Assembly (NCBI GenBank): GCA_963715335.1
Contig: CAVQRZ010000012.1
Span: forward strand, 1 to 64,000
Direction of reading: 5' to 3'
Length of the DNA: 64,000 nucleotides
Source of the DNA: an uncultured delta proteobacterium
GTDB taxonomy: Bacteria > Desulfobacterota > Desulfuromonadia > Desulfuromonadales > BM103
The notes under the pieces were generated by a model. That model was given only the letters and a program-made list of their open reading frames with translations, did no database searches and had not been told where the DNA came from. Within the stretch, counting starts at the first letter, position 1; every line of letters begins with the position of its first letter. The position numbers and the translations under genes were made by a program. Positions 28,326 to 37,986 of this stretch are shown here, piece after piece.

Positions 28326-28895
28326 CTACTTCTGTGACCAGTTCCCCTTGGCGTCCTGAAGATACCAGCCTTTGGCGGCTTTGTCACGCCACGACTCGGA
28401 GAAGATCGCCTCTATTTCACCGGCCTTGTCGGGTAAACCGTTGGCTTTGGCGATCTCCTGGTAAAGTCGTTTGCGATCCTGATTTTCGGCATCGACCAGG
28501 CGCTTGATTTCGGCGCGCTGCTTGAGGCCGAGTCCATCTGTGGAGCGCAGGGCGAGATAACCATTGGCGTCAATGCCGACCTGTCCGGCGTCCAGTGAAG
28601 GCCCTAATTGATCGAAACGATCCTTCATGTCGGCACGCAAGGCCCGGATCTCGGGGGTGCTGACGTTGATATCCTGGGCCGCGTAGGCAGAGCTCACTCC
28701 GAGCCTTGGCAGAAAGCTGCTTCCGGGTGATGCGGGGGCTTTTTCGACCGAGCCTGGTTTTTCACCGTAGACCTCGTCGACAATCCGGTCGGCCGCTCCG
28801 CGAAGCTCCTCGGCGGGGAAGTAAATGTTGATCGTCACGCATGACACTGTCGCAACGATAACGAATAGTGTCAGGCCTCTCAGAACGTTGCGCAT
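28326..28895 (-). CDS. YdbL/DUF1318 family lipoprotein with YnbE-like N-terminus
   Basis: Lipobox-like VSC then VTINIYFP; GQVGIDANGYL, AENQDRKRLY.EIA.AN, GWYLQ..G.W. Confidence 0.8.
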   Translation of the reverse strand: MRNVLRGLTLFVIVATVSCVTINIYFPAEELRGAADRIVDEVYGEKPGSVEKAPASPGSSFLPRLGVSSAYAAQDINVSTPEIRALRADMKDRFDQLGPSLDAGQVGIDANGYLALRSTDGLGLKQRAEIKRLVDAENQDRKRLYQEIAKANGLPDKAGEIEAIFSESWRDKAAKGWYLQDAKGNWSQK

Positions 28896-28962
28896 GATTA
28901 TCCTCCTTCGGGATTAGAGCCCTTTTGTTTCGACTTCGACTATACTCGATCAGTAATTAAAA

Positions 28963-31900
28963 TCAATGGTCAGTCCGTTCGATACGCTTCAGCCGCCGCA
29001 TCATTTCCTTGAAGGATATGGCCGGCGAGGAAATGATGACGTCAATCCTGGGTGGCAGCAGGCCCCCATCAACCAGGTACTGATCAGACCCTTTCTTCGC
29101 TGTGCCCCGCAAGTAAAAAGCGTCGTTATGCAGTGAACATGTCATGCCTATTTTACGATAGCGGTAAAAATCGATAAAGCGATAGATCCCCTGGGAGAGC
29201 ACCGCTGACAGCCCCCCCTGGCTGAGGGTATTGAGGTTGCGGATTGCCTTGACGCTGATATTGCGGTGGCCGGATTCAGCGGTTTCGAAACTGGCTTCGA
29301 AAGCCGAGGGGATGCCGTCGAAAAGGCGCAGTTTCCGCACATGTCCTGACGCGACACCGTTCATCTCGCCGAAGGCAAAAGTGCGGGTCAGGGCATACAG
29401 GTCGATATCTTTGAAATCGATGTCGACGTGGTAGGTCGGATAGCGGGAAAAGGGCTTGATCACCTTGAGGTTTTGCAGGTGCAGCGTCCCGCCGAAGGCC
29501 TGTGCAGAAGCCTCTCCGGACGAGGTGATCTCCTTTTCACTGAAACGGATGCCGTCGAGTGAGGCGCTAAGGAGTCCTTCCAGTTCGGGCCAGCCAAACG
29601 CCCGGGAAACTTCTTGCAGGTCGACGGCCGAGAGACTCAGGGCCGCCTCGCCTTCTGGAACAAAGTCCTGCCAGGAGACTCGCAAGCTACTGAGGCGGGC
29701 CCTGCCGCCGGCGACGGCGATTTCAAGAGGACGGGTCGAACGCCAACCGTTGGTTCCAGCGAGAAGCTCCATTTCGCCGGCCGCCGACGGGATCAACGGA
29801 GTACTCAACTCATCCCAGGACAGATAGCCGGTGCGTTGTGGAGCCCCGGTTTCAGGCAGTGTTCCGGACTGCAAGATGATGGGCAGGTTGCCGCGCAGCC
29901 CGGACAGGGTGAGGGTCCGGTTGAATCCGACCGCGAGCCTTTCCGGATGCAGGTCCGCTTCGATACGCCAGCCATCTTCCTGCCAGTCGATCCGGATCTG
30001 CACTTTGAGTGCGCCGGCCAGGTCAACTCCCTTGAGCCCCGGGGCAAGCTCTCCGCCGAGGCGGTGCAAAGTCTCAAGGAACCGCCCCGACAGTTGAGGC
30101 AGGGCCAGCTGGGCTACGGCCTCAGCGTCACGCGCCGAAAGCAGTCCCGTCAGCTCACTGGTTGCCAGTCCCGCCAGGTCAAAGTCGGCCCGGTCCAACT
30201 GCAGCAACATCTCCTGGTGCAACCAATGCCCCTGTACAGCGAAGGTCAGCGGCAGCCCACTGAGATTGCCATACCAGCTTCCGGCAAGAGCCTCGTCGAG
30301 TGACGCCTGCCCGCCCAGTTCGAGTGCGACGCCCTTTTCCGTCAAGCGCGACTGCCCTTTGAACGAGATTTGGCCACCGACTGCGACGAGAGTGCCATCG
30401 CTGTTGCTGTACTCGATATCCTGGAGGGACATGTCCCGGATCGTGAGCAACGGAGTTGCCGGAGCGCTCAGATCCAAGGCCAGTCGGGCCAGGAGGTTTC
30501 CGGCAACCCCTTGTCCGTGCAGACTGCCGGCCAGCTCCATATCCGGAAGCAGCACCCGCTTGTCCTGAACCTTCAGCCCGCCGGCCAGTCTCACTGCGCG
30601 CAGGGTTGGAATTTGTTCTCCGACAGGAAAGCCTGCGTCGGTGGCGAGCCCTTTCAGGTCGTCACACTGGATTTGCCAGTTGCCCTGCCAATTGCTTGCG
30701 GTCGGGTTGCCTGTGATATCGAGCGATGCTGTTGCCAACGGCCCGGTGCCTTGCCTGCCGGTGAGTTTGACATTCATCAGCGTCGCTTGAACGGACGGGT
30801 CTCGCCAACTGCCGTGCAAGTCGCCCGAGATACCCCCGGATTCCTGCCAGCCAACGCTGAAGCGGCCATCGGTGACCGCACCACTGTCTCGGCCGGCAAT
30901 GACACGGGCCGAGATAGTGAAGTCGTGTAGTTGCACCAACTGTCCGGGGAGGACGATGCCATAAGCTTCAGCCAGAGGGGCAGGATGTGGCACTGTAATC
31001 CCGAAGTGCCCTGTAAAGAGGTCGTCCTTCCAGGTTCCCCGGGCCTCGATCTGACCGGCCTCCATCAGGTCCAGGCGGGAATCAATTCGCCATGTGTCGT
31101 TGACCTGTTCCAGGGCAACGCCAACAGATTGCCAGGGCCAATGGCGACCGGAGAGGAGAAGCTCCCCAGCGCCTGTCTTTAATGTCAGGGTCAACTCTTC
31201 GTCGGCAAAGCGCAGGCCAACAACCGGTTCATTCACCCGCCACTTCAGTTCATCCGGCCAGGGAAGCGGTTGGTCAAAGGCCTGCAGGAGCTTTGCCGCA
31301 TCGCTTCCGGAGAAATGCGGCAAGGCTATTTCAATCGCCAGGTCACCTGATGTGCCGGGGCGTATAGTCACCGCCTCCTGCAGCAACGGGATCCGGTCCC
31401 AGACAAGCTCTTCGAGGGTTACTTCCAGGCCGTTTTGCCAACGGCCCTGCCCGGCCAGGCTGATGTTAACGCCATCGCCTTGCCCGACTTTTGCAGAGGC
31501 TGCGAAATGCATGGCCTCAGCAAAGTTGCCGGTAGCAGCGAGTTCCTGCACAACATAACTCCTCTGCCCGGAGTTTATCTGCAACCCGCCGTCCTGAAGC
31601 GACCAGGCAGCAACAGTGAAAGGGATGCGGCTCGGTAGCGACAATTCTGGCGCCTCGTCGCGCTCTTCGGCCGCATCGATTTTTAGCGACACTTCTGGCT
31701 TCTCTACAACGATTCTTTCGATGCGCCGCTGCAGCAGACCACCTGCCGTGAACAGAACTCGCAGGTTCGCAATCCTGGTTTCTGCGTCCGACCGCACGAG
31801 ATGGAGGCCCTGAAGTTCCGCCAGCCCCCATGACAGGGCCAATCGATCCAGGGTAACCTCACCGGTCAGGGCCAGGCCGAGCCGTTCCTCCAGCCAGGGG

Positions 31901-32007
31901 TGCAGCACGTTGCGGGTCAGAGGCTCTCTGGCCACCCATACCATGGTTGTCAGCAGTGCGACTCCAGCAAGAAAAATTGGCAGCAGATGGCGCAATCGAA
32001 ACGACAT
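28963..32007 (-). CDS. AsmA-like/YdbH-like intermembrane lipid-transport protein
   Basis: N-terminal TM anchor, about 1000 aa of amphipathic beta-strands, C-terminal FG.M.G...ISVKAI..L...Y.KIG..C.L motif; lies upstream of the YdbL-like gene. Confidence 0.7.
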   Translation of the reverse strand: MSFRLRHLLPIFLAGVALLTTMVWVAREPLTRNVLHPWLEERLGLALTGEVTLDRLALSWGLAELQGLHLVRSDAETRIANLRVLFTAGGLLQRRIERIVVEKPEVSLKIDAAEERDEAPELSLPSRIPFTVAAWSLQDGGLQINSGQRSYVVQELAATGNFAEAMHFAASAKVGQGDGVNISLAGQGRWQNGLEVTLEELVWDRIPLLQEAVTIRPGTSGDLAIEIALPHFSGSDAAKLLQAFDQPLPWPDELKWRVNEPVVGLRFADEELTLTLKTGAGELLLSGRHWPWQSVGVALEQVNDTWRIDSRLDLMEAGQIEARGTWKDDLFTGHFGITVPHPAPLAEAYGIVLPGQLVQLHDFTISARVIAGRDSGAVTDGRFSVGWQESGGISGDLHGSWRDPSVQATLMNVKLTGRQGTGPLATASLDITGNPTASNWQGNWQIQCDDLKGLATDAGFPVGEQIPTLRAVRLAGGLKVQDKRVLLPDMELAGSLHGQGVAGNLLARLALDLSAPATPLLTIRDMSLQDIEYSNSDGTLVAVGGQISFKGQSRLTEKGVALELGGQASLDEALAGSWYGNLSGLPLTFAVQGHWLHQEMLLQLDRADFDLAGLATSELTGLLSARDAEAVAQLALPQLSGRFLETLHRLGGELAPGLKGVDLAGALKVQIRIDWQEDGWRIEADLHPERLAVGFNRTLTLSGLRGNLPIILQSGTLPETGAPQRTGYLSWDELSTPLIPSAAGEMELLAGTNGWRSTRPLEIAVAGGRARLSSLRVSWQDFVPEGEAALSLSAVDLQEVSRAFGWPELEGLLSASLDGIRFSEKEITSSGEASAQAFGGTLHLQNLKVIKPFSRYPTYHVDIDFKDIDLYALTRTFAFGEMNGVASGHVRKLRLFDGIPSAFEASFETAESGHRNISVKAIRNLNTLSQGGLSAVLSQGIYRFIDFYRYRKIGMTCSLHNDAFYLRGTAKKGSDQYLVDGGLLPPRIDVIISSPAISFKEMMRRLKRIERTDH

Positions 32008-32281
32008 GAAACCTCTTCAAGAGAAGCGAAGGTGACCGATCTACATTTTACGCGCCAGATGGGGTTCTGTCGATTCAAAGTCTTTGCATGGGAACGGGTC
32101 TTGATATGGGAAAGGTCTTTATCCGCTGGAGTTATTCCCCTGGGCAGAAACATGGGCGGGTCGGAACAAAGATTGGACGGGCGGCTCCGCGGGGACCAAG
32201 GTGCCCCGGTTGGGGATAAGGGGCTTCCTTAGAAAAGGCAAGGTATCCGTCGGCATTTCTTGCAAAACAGGCATTGTTTTT

Positions 32282-32890
32282 TTAAGCGGAACTCCCCGGA
32301 GCCTGCCCCCTGTCTCGTGAGGTCTTCATGGCTACAGTAAATCCGTAAATCACAAAACATAGCGAAACCAGCTGTTGAATTGACAGCATGGGTTTGTGCT
32401 GAAGAAACATCAACGCAGCCATGCTGACGTTCATCAGCATAAAGAAGAGCCATCCATATGGATTTTTCTTTGCCAGCAGGTAGCTTCCAAGCAGGAAGCC
32501 GATCATGACCCCGACTTCCAGTATCTGCGAACCGGAGGTAATCCCTCCGTAATCATACAGACTGTAACCGACTCCAAAGAGCAGGGCTGAGTAGGTGAAC
32601 AGGGAGGTTATGAAATCCAGAGGTTTGCTGGGTGAACCGCTATTTTTACAGGCGTTGAGCAGGCCAAACAGCATCGCAGGGACTCCGCCTGCTTCTATGG
32701 AAGCCGCGATCCAGTCATGCTTGCTGACAAGAATGATGACCCACGCCGGGACCCCCAGGAGATAGACAGTCCAACCAAGGATTCTCAGTTTTCGTTTGAT
32801 CGCCTCTTGCCGGCCTTCTGCGAGAGCAAAAAAGACCTTGTTGAGAAGATAAAGACCTCCGCCCCAGGCCTGTAAAAACAGATCCATCAC
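32282..32890 (-). CDS. Membrane protein, PnuC-like transporter fold (tentative)
   Basis: About 6-7 TM segments with internal repeat (GW..Y/F); family assignment from memory. Confidence 0.6.
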   Translation of the reverse strand: MMDLFLQAWGGGLYLLNKVFFALAEGRQEAIKRKLRILGWTVYLLGVPAWVIILVSKHDWIAASIEAGGVPAMLFGLLNACKNSGSPSKPLDFITSLFTYSALLFGVGYSLYDYGGITSGSQILEVGVMIGFLLGSYLLAKKNPYGWLFFMLMNVSMAALMFLQHKPMLSIQQLVSLCFVIYGFTVAMKTSRDRGQAPGSSA

Positions 32891-33046
32891 ATATCCAATT
32901 GCTAATTAAGCCAGTTGCCCGGCCAAGGTGACCCCTCTGCCATGAAAAGTACCTGGTGGCGCCCGGGGTTCACAAGCAAGAGCGACCCCGGGGAGGTCGC
33001 TCTGAGTTGTTTCGGTGCCCGGACGTGGCCCACATCGTTGGAGATG

Positions 33047-33658
33047 CTATTGCAGAATCCGGCTCTCCTCCATTTTCTCAACGATCGTCGGAATCAACAG
33101 GTTAACCGCTTTCTCTGCGGACTCGTCGACTTTGATTTGCGAGAGGTAAGACCAGACAGGCTTTTGGCCTTCCACATCATAGAGCTTCGTGGAAATAATG
33201 AACAAATTTGAATCGTATTCCCTGTTGTATGAATACCCGTAACTGTATCCGTACCAGCCGCCATCGTAAACAGCCACGCCTCCCAGGACAACCCCTCCAT
33301 ACTGGTGGTTCGTGATCTCCGTCTTGCCGATCGAGCGCGCCACCAGTACGCTGTCAACGCCAAGCTCCCTGACTTTAGCCTCGATAGCTTCCCGATCGGG
33401 GGCTGCCCCCGGGTTTGGCAAGACCTTGTATCCGGGGATGGCCTCGACCCCGCGCTTGGTCAGCTGGTTGAAGAGTACGTTTTCAGCATGTCTGCGGACA
33501 TTCTCCCGTTGAGCGAGAACAATCAACAGGATTTTCTCGGGCGGTTTGGTGTAAGCCTCGTCCTTCCAGACTTCCAGAGTTTTGATCGGAGCGCAAGAGG
33601 CCGTCAGCATTACGAGCAGCAGGCAAAGAAAGGGTCCACGTATTTTGAGGGAGTTCAC
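33047..33658 (-). CDS. Lipoprotein (DUF4136-like), paralogue of 52136-52771
   Basis: Lipobox TASC; WKD, RR..E, GVDSVL, Tyr/Gly-rich loop, LYD....VWS. Confidence 0.75.
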   Translation of the reverse strand: MNSLKIRGPFLCLLLVMLTASCAPIKTLEVWKDEAYTKPPEKILLIVLAQRENVRRHAENVLFNQLTKRGVEAIPGYKVLPNPGAAPDREAIEAKVRELGVDSVLVARSIGKTEITNHQYGGVVLGGVAVYDGGWYGYSYGYSYNREYDSNLFIISTKLYDVEGQKPVWSYLSQIKVDESAEKAVNLLIPTIVEKMEESRILQ

Positions 33659-33905
33659 GTTGTTCTTCCTTTAATATCAGGTTTGAAATAACTTCAGGGT
33701 TGCTTTTATAGCGAATTCATTCGGCCGGCAACAGTCGCATTGAACCAGAAAAGCCCCCAAAGGGAAACCATTTTATCAGAAATTATTTCTATTTATTGTT
33801 TGGCACAGGCAAGACAGCATCATCGATAGCTTCTCCTGTTATCACAGGAGGACCCGGAGTAAGATGAGGGCCAAATTCAGGGGAAGCCGAAAAGGGCTCA
33901 AGCAG

Positions 33906-34319
33906 TCAGAGCCCCTCCCGTTCCCGCTTTAAATATTGCCCCATATCCATATCTGTCTTTCTTATGTGATCAACCAGCCAGTCGAGAAAAGAGCGGTTAA
34001 AGCCGGCCAACAGACTTATGGAGGGCCCTTGCTTGGAGAGCTGACTTTGAAACGCGTGAACTTTGCCGGTTAATTCCCGATGTTCTTTGATGTGGGCCTG
34101 TTTGCCGGGATAATCGGATTGGGCCATCAATTTCTCTTCCATACGAAAATGGCTTTCCACGTATCGCCCGAGAAAACCAAGCATGTCAGTCAGGCTCTCC
34201 TGCCCTTTGCCTGCCTTGCAGGCACTCCGGAACTCATCGTACTTGGCGAATATCTCCTGATGTTGCCTGTCGATCGGATCAATGCCTATGGATAAATCTT
34301 CAGACCACTCTAATGCCAT
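33906..34319 (-). CDS. Bacteriohemerythrin (single domain)
   Basis: W.EDLSIGI..IDRQH, HF..EE, H..EH, WLVDHI...D iron ligands. Confidence 0.93.
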   Translation of the reverse strand: MALEWSEDLSIGIDPIDRQHQEIFAKYDEFRSACKAGKGQESLTDMLGFLGRYVESHFRMEEKLMAQSDYPGKQAHIKEHRELTGKVHAFQSQLSKQGPSISLLAGFNRSFLDWLVDHIRKTDMDMGQYLKREREGL

Positions 34320-34573
34320 TGCGTTCTCCTGTTGCTATTGGACGCGCAGAGATCAAAGGCCTTGATTTGCCAGCCAATTGATAGCCGTCGGCCTGCCCAT
34401 TTTGTGCGTCCATCCATGCTCACGACTATGTGCTGTTTTCGATAACCAGACAAGCCTTTAATTGTTTCAGCCAGAAGCTATCAGTTTAGCCGCCCCTCCT
34501 TTTGCCGACAAGGAAAGTGTTGAAATCGCCGGGACCAGTGACTGGGAGTCTGGGAGGGCGAAGCATGTAAGAG

Positions 34574-34601
34574 AAAAGCCCCAACTCTGGGAGTTGGGGC
34601 T
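34574..34601 (-). terminator. Intrinsic terminator
   Basis: AGCCCCAACTC-tgg-GAGTTGGGGCT with a U-tract on the minus strand. Confidence 0.7.
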
Positions 34602-34670
34602 CACTGTAAATCCTGACGGACAACTGGTCGCAATTGATTTCGATTTACTCTCGAGACCTATATTCGACGA

Positions 34671-34847
34671 TCATCTGATTGCTCCTGTTCGTGAATTATT
34701 CTCCGACACTTCACCGCGCAACCGCTTGTTCGGAGGACTCGGTTCTTCATCCTTGCTGAAGCGTTCAAGGAATCGTTTGTACTCCGCCGCATCGGCGTAG
34801 TCATCGATCTCGATGCCGGAATTTTGCACGCACCATAAATCTTCCAT
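34671..34847 (-). CDS. Small acidic hypothetical protein (58 aa, below ORF-track cutoff)
   Basis: MEDLWCVQNSGIEIDDYADAAEYKRFLERFSKDEE...; RBS AAGGGG; lies between the zinc-ribbon gene and a terminator. Confidence 0.5.
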   Translation of the reverse strand: MEDLWCVQNSGIEIDDYADAAEYKRFLERFSKDEEPSPPNKRLRGEVSENNSRTGAIR

Positions 34848-34879
34848 GTCACAGCCCCTTTAATATGCAGGAAAGTCTT

Positions 34880-35263
34880 TCAGATAAAAACATAGTCATC
34901 TGCTTCAACCAGGGCAGAAGTAGCGCTGAGAAAAGACCCGGCTTGTGAGTCCTTTACAACTTCTATCTGGTCGTGTGCAGAAGAACAGATCGTTCCGCAG
35001 TTGACGCATTCCAGAATTTCTTCGTGAAATTGGAAAGCATCCAGATCTGTCTCAATGCACAACACCGACTTGCATGTGGGACAGTTAAAATCTGCATACA
35101 CCTGCACTCTTTTGTTGAGCTTTTGCTTGATGATTTTTGGGCCGTTCCCGGAAAGCGCCCAGAGTGTTCCGCAGTCACCGCACTCGCATACATCCTGGGC
35201 ATATCCGTCGGCGTGCAAATCAATTTCAATGTGTCCTTTGTTGCTGCAAGATGGGCAGTTCAT
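34880..35263 (-). CDS. Tandem double zinc-ribbon protein
   Basis: CPSC..IEIDLHADGY..VCECGDCG and CPTC..IETDLDAFQF..ILECVNCG; RBS AAGGAG. Confidence 0.8.
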   Translation of the reverse strand: MNCPSCSNKGHIEIDLHADGYAQDVCECGDCGTLWALSGNGPKIIKQKLNKRVQVYADFNCPTCKSVLCIETDLDAFQFHEEILECVNCGTICSSAHDQIEVVKDSQAGSFLSATSALVEADDYVFI

Positions 35264-35934
35264 GATCTTCTCCTTCTGTGTGTGGACAGGTTTCTGCTGT
35301 CTGTTATCTTAAGGGATAATAAATAACACAAGTGATGTCAATTATCGTCGAAAGAGAGCTCATGTCAAGCAAAAAGATTTAAATTATCTATATTTATCAA
35401 TAGCTTAGATGATTTTGTGTTTTACTCTATAGACAGGGGGTCTATTTTTTTTCAAGACGCCAGAAGAGGAAATGATTAAACAGTGCCTAACAAACTGAAA
35501 TTGATTGGAAATCCGATTTAAAAACGGGGTTTCGCAAATTTGATATTTTATTCCATCAATGGTCAACAAGATAACGACAGGGGAATGCGGGCCTCGGGGG
35601 GAGGACGAACGTCGAAAGCAAAGAGCCCGCCGGGGAGAGCCATGACATTATGAAAGGGGCTGGTCGGAATGACTGAGTTTTTCGTATGTGGCCTCTATGG
35701 AGGGACTAATACGGCCGCATTTATCCGGATATCGGGTTGCACTGTAGGGCCCTTTTGGTCTGATCCAGCGGTCGTCATACCTCCTGACGTTTTGGCTGGA
35801 CCTGCCCAGCAACTGGTGAGACGAGAATGAGGAAGGAGACAAAAAGTGCCTGTTGAATTACATTCCGTGAGTCAAATGCTCTATAATGAACAAAACGTCT
35901 CATTGCCTGGCGTTCAAACATAGGGGCAAAAATC

Positions 35935-36822
35935 GTGAAAGAAATCATCCCTTGGCTGATAGATATAGAATCATCGGCTGCCAAACTTTATGCGGAGGCA
36001 GCAGTTGCTTTTCGTGAGGACGAAGGCTTCTGCCGATTTTTGTCCCAGATGTCTGCAGAAGAAAAAGAGCACGAAAAGTTATTGCAGCAGGCCAGGTCCG
36101 CGACCTCGGATAAAGAGATAAAGTCTGCATGCTTTTACTTTGATGACCATTTTCGTGGGAAAATTGAGGCCCCTTTTATTCGTGCTTGGCGGCTGTTGAA
36201 AGACGGCGAGTTGACCAAAACCGCCATGATTGACATTCTTGCAGAGGCAGAGTTTTCCGAATGGAATGAACTCTTCCTCTACATCCTGGACGCCTTGAAG
36301 GTTTTGGATAAAGATGTGCAAAAGGCCGTCTCAGATATCAACCAGCATAGAAAACGCATCCAGGAATTCATTCTATCGTTACCCGGTGGGGACAGTCTCA
36401 TCCAAAGGGTCCGCAGACTGGCCCATGCTGGCAGCAAGCGTGTTCTGATCGTTGAAGACAACAATGCCGTTGCCCGTATGCTTGAGGCTTTGGCTGCGGA
36501 TAATGTCGAGGTGGTCATCGCCCATGACGGCCTGGAGGGTCTTTTGCACATCCAGCAAGGATATTTTGACCTGATTGTTTCAGACATTGAGATACCGGAA
36601 ATGAACGGCATTGAAATGTACAACCAGGCTCTGGCGATGGACCCTGCTCTGTATCGTAGATTCATTTTCTTCACCGGTACGGAAAATCCAGAGTATCTAA
36701 ATTTTGTCAGGGACTCGCTAGCCTTGCTGCTGCCAAAACCGTCTCCAGTCAAGCTGATATGCGAAATGATGAATGAGGTGCTGAACTCAGCTCCCGTTCC
36801 AAAGGACACCACAATCCATTGA
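35935..36822 (+). CDS. Ferritin/rubrerythrin-like domain fused to a C-terminal receiver domain
   Basis: IE..AAKLY, EEKEH, E..E, QH helical motifs; REC with VED, VSDIEIP, FTG, PKP. Confidence 0.8.
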   Translation: MKEIIPWLIDIESSAAKLYAEAAVAFREDEGFCRFLSQMSAEEKEHEKLLQQARSATSDKEIKSACFYFDDHFRGKIEAPFIRAWRLLKDGELTKTAMIDILAEAEFSEWNELFLYILDALKVLDKDVQKAVSDINQHRKRIQEFILSLPGGDSLIQRVRRLAHAGSKRVLIVEDNNAVARMLEALAADNVEVVIAHDGLEGLLHIQQGYFDLIVSDIEIPEMNGIEMYNQALAMDPALYRRFIFFTGTENPEYLNFVRDSLALLLPKPSPVKLICEMMNEVLNSAPVPKDTTIH

Positions 36823-36927
36823 AGGGGGTTGACCTGGCCTTACCTCGAACGCTGCTCTCTGTGTATTGGGCGAAGGTCTTCGGGGCAGTGAAGATTGGCC
36901 TGCCCTTGCGGACAGACTGGGTTCTGG

Positions 36928-37911
36928 TCAGCCACCAATCCCGTGCATCCGCCGGCTGGGTGCCTGGAAATCGCTGGCATTGATCCGGTGCTTTTCCGGT
37001 TTGGCGCAGGCGGCCATCAGCAGCAACTCTTCCAGAGCCTTATCATCTGAGTCGCCGCGCAGTACCGGCTTGAGGTCGGTCTCGTAGTTATCAAACAGGC
37101 AACCGCGCACCCGACCATCAGCCATCACCCGCAAACGGTTGCAGTCCGCGCAAAAATGACCGGATACTGACGGGATCAGGCCGATCCGGCCCCTGGCTTG
37201 CGGCAAACGGTACATATACGCAGGGCCGGATGAGTCCTGCTGGGGGGGAAGGAGTTCCAGATCACCGATCGCGAGGAGACGCTCCTTGATCTCTTGCATC
37301 GGCAACCCGTCGCCTGAAGCGTAATCAAGGTCTCCACTGATCGGCATGAACTCGATGAACCGGACATCCCATGGATGCTCAATGGTCAGACGGGCAAAAT
37401 CAACAATTTCGTCGGCATTGAAGGCCCGGAATGGAATCATGTTGATCTTGACCGGCAGCAAGCCGGCCTGCTCGGCGGCATGAATTCCGGTCAGCACCCG
37501 TTCCAGACCGGGACGCCGGGTCAACTTCAGAAAACGTTCCGGCTTGAGTGTATCAAGGCTGACATTAACCCTTGATAGCCCAGCCTCATGCAAGGCTTCG
37601 GCGTGCTCTGCCAGCAGCAGTCCGTTCGTCGTCAGGACGACTTCCGGCTGCCCTGGCAGGGCGACCAGCCGGGCGATGAAAGCATCGATGCCACGCCTGA
37701 CCAGAGGCTCGCCGCCGGTTACACGGATCTTGCGAATCCCGAGCCTGCAGGCGGCCGCGGCAACCCGCAGCATTTCCTCGTATCGCAACACTTCACCGTG
37801 GGCGATATCCGTCACACCCTCTTCGGGCATGCAATAGCGGCAACGCAGGTTGCAGCGATCAGTCACCGAAAGGCGCAGATACTCTATAGTTCGCCCGAAA
37901 TGGTCTCGCAC
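36928..37911 (-). CDS. moaA: GTP 3',8-cyclase
   Basis: YLRLSVTDRCNLRCRYC, TGGEP, C..CNRLR...C, C-terminal IGG. Confidence 0.97.
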   Translation of the reverse strand: MRDHFGRTIEYLRLSVTDRCNLRCRYCMPEEGVTDIAHGEVLRYEEMLRVAAAACRLGIRKIRVTGGEPLVRRGIDAFIARLVALPGQPEVVLTTNGLLLAEHAEALHEAGLSRVNVSLDTLKPERFLKLTRRPGLERVLTGIHAAEQAGLLPVKINMIPFRAFNADEIVDFARLTIEHPWDVRFIEFMPISGDLDYASGDGLPMQEIKERLLAIGDLELLPPQQDSSGPAYMYRLPQARGRIGLIPSVSGHFCADCNRLRVMADGRVRGCLFDNYETDLKPVLRGDSDDKALEELLLMAACAKPEKHRINASDFQAPSRRMHGIGG

Positions 37912-37986
37912 GGGGCATCCTTGTCGGTCCGGAACTGTGCCTTGAGGGAGCAGCGGAGAGGTATCGAACAGTGTCGGGAGAGCATC

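Noticed and set aside
35560..35760. GC-rich paired segment (GCGGGC/GCCCGC, CGAAAGCAAA) as a c-di-GMP/cGAMP riboswitch
   Set aside because: Lacks the GGCAAA...GAAA...GACGCAAAG arrangement; an Rfam search would be needed.
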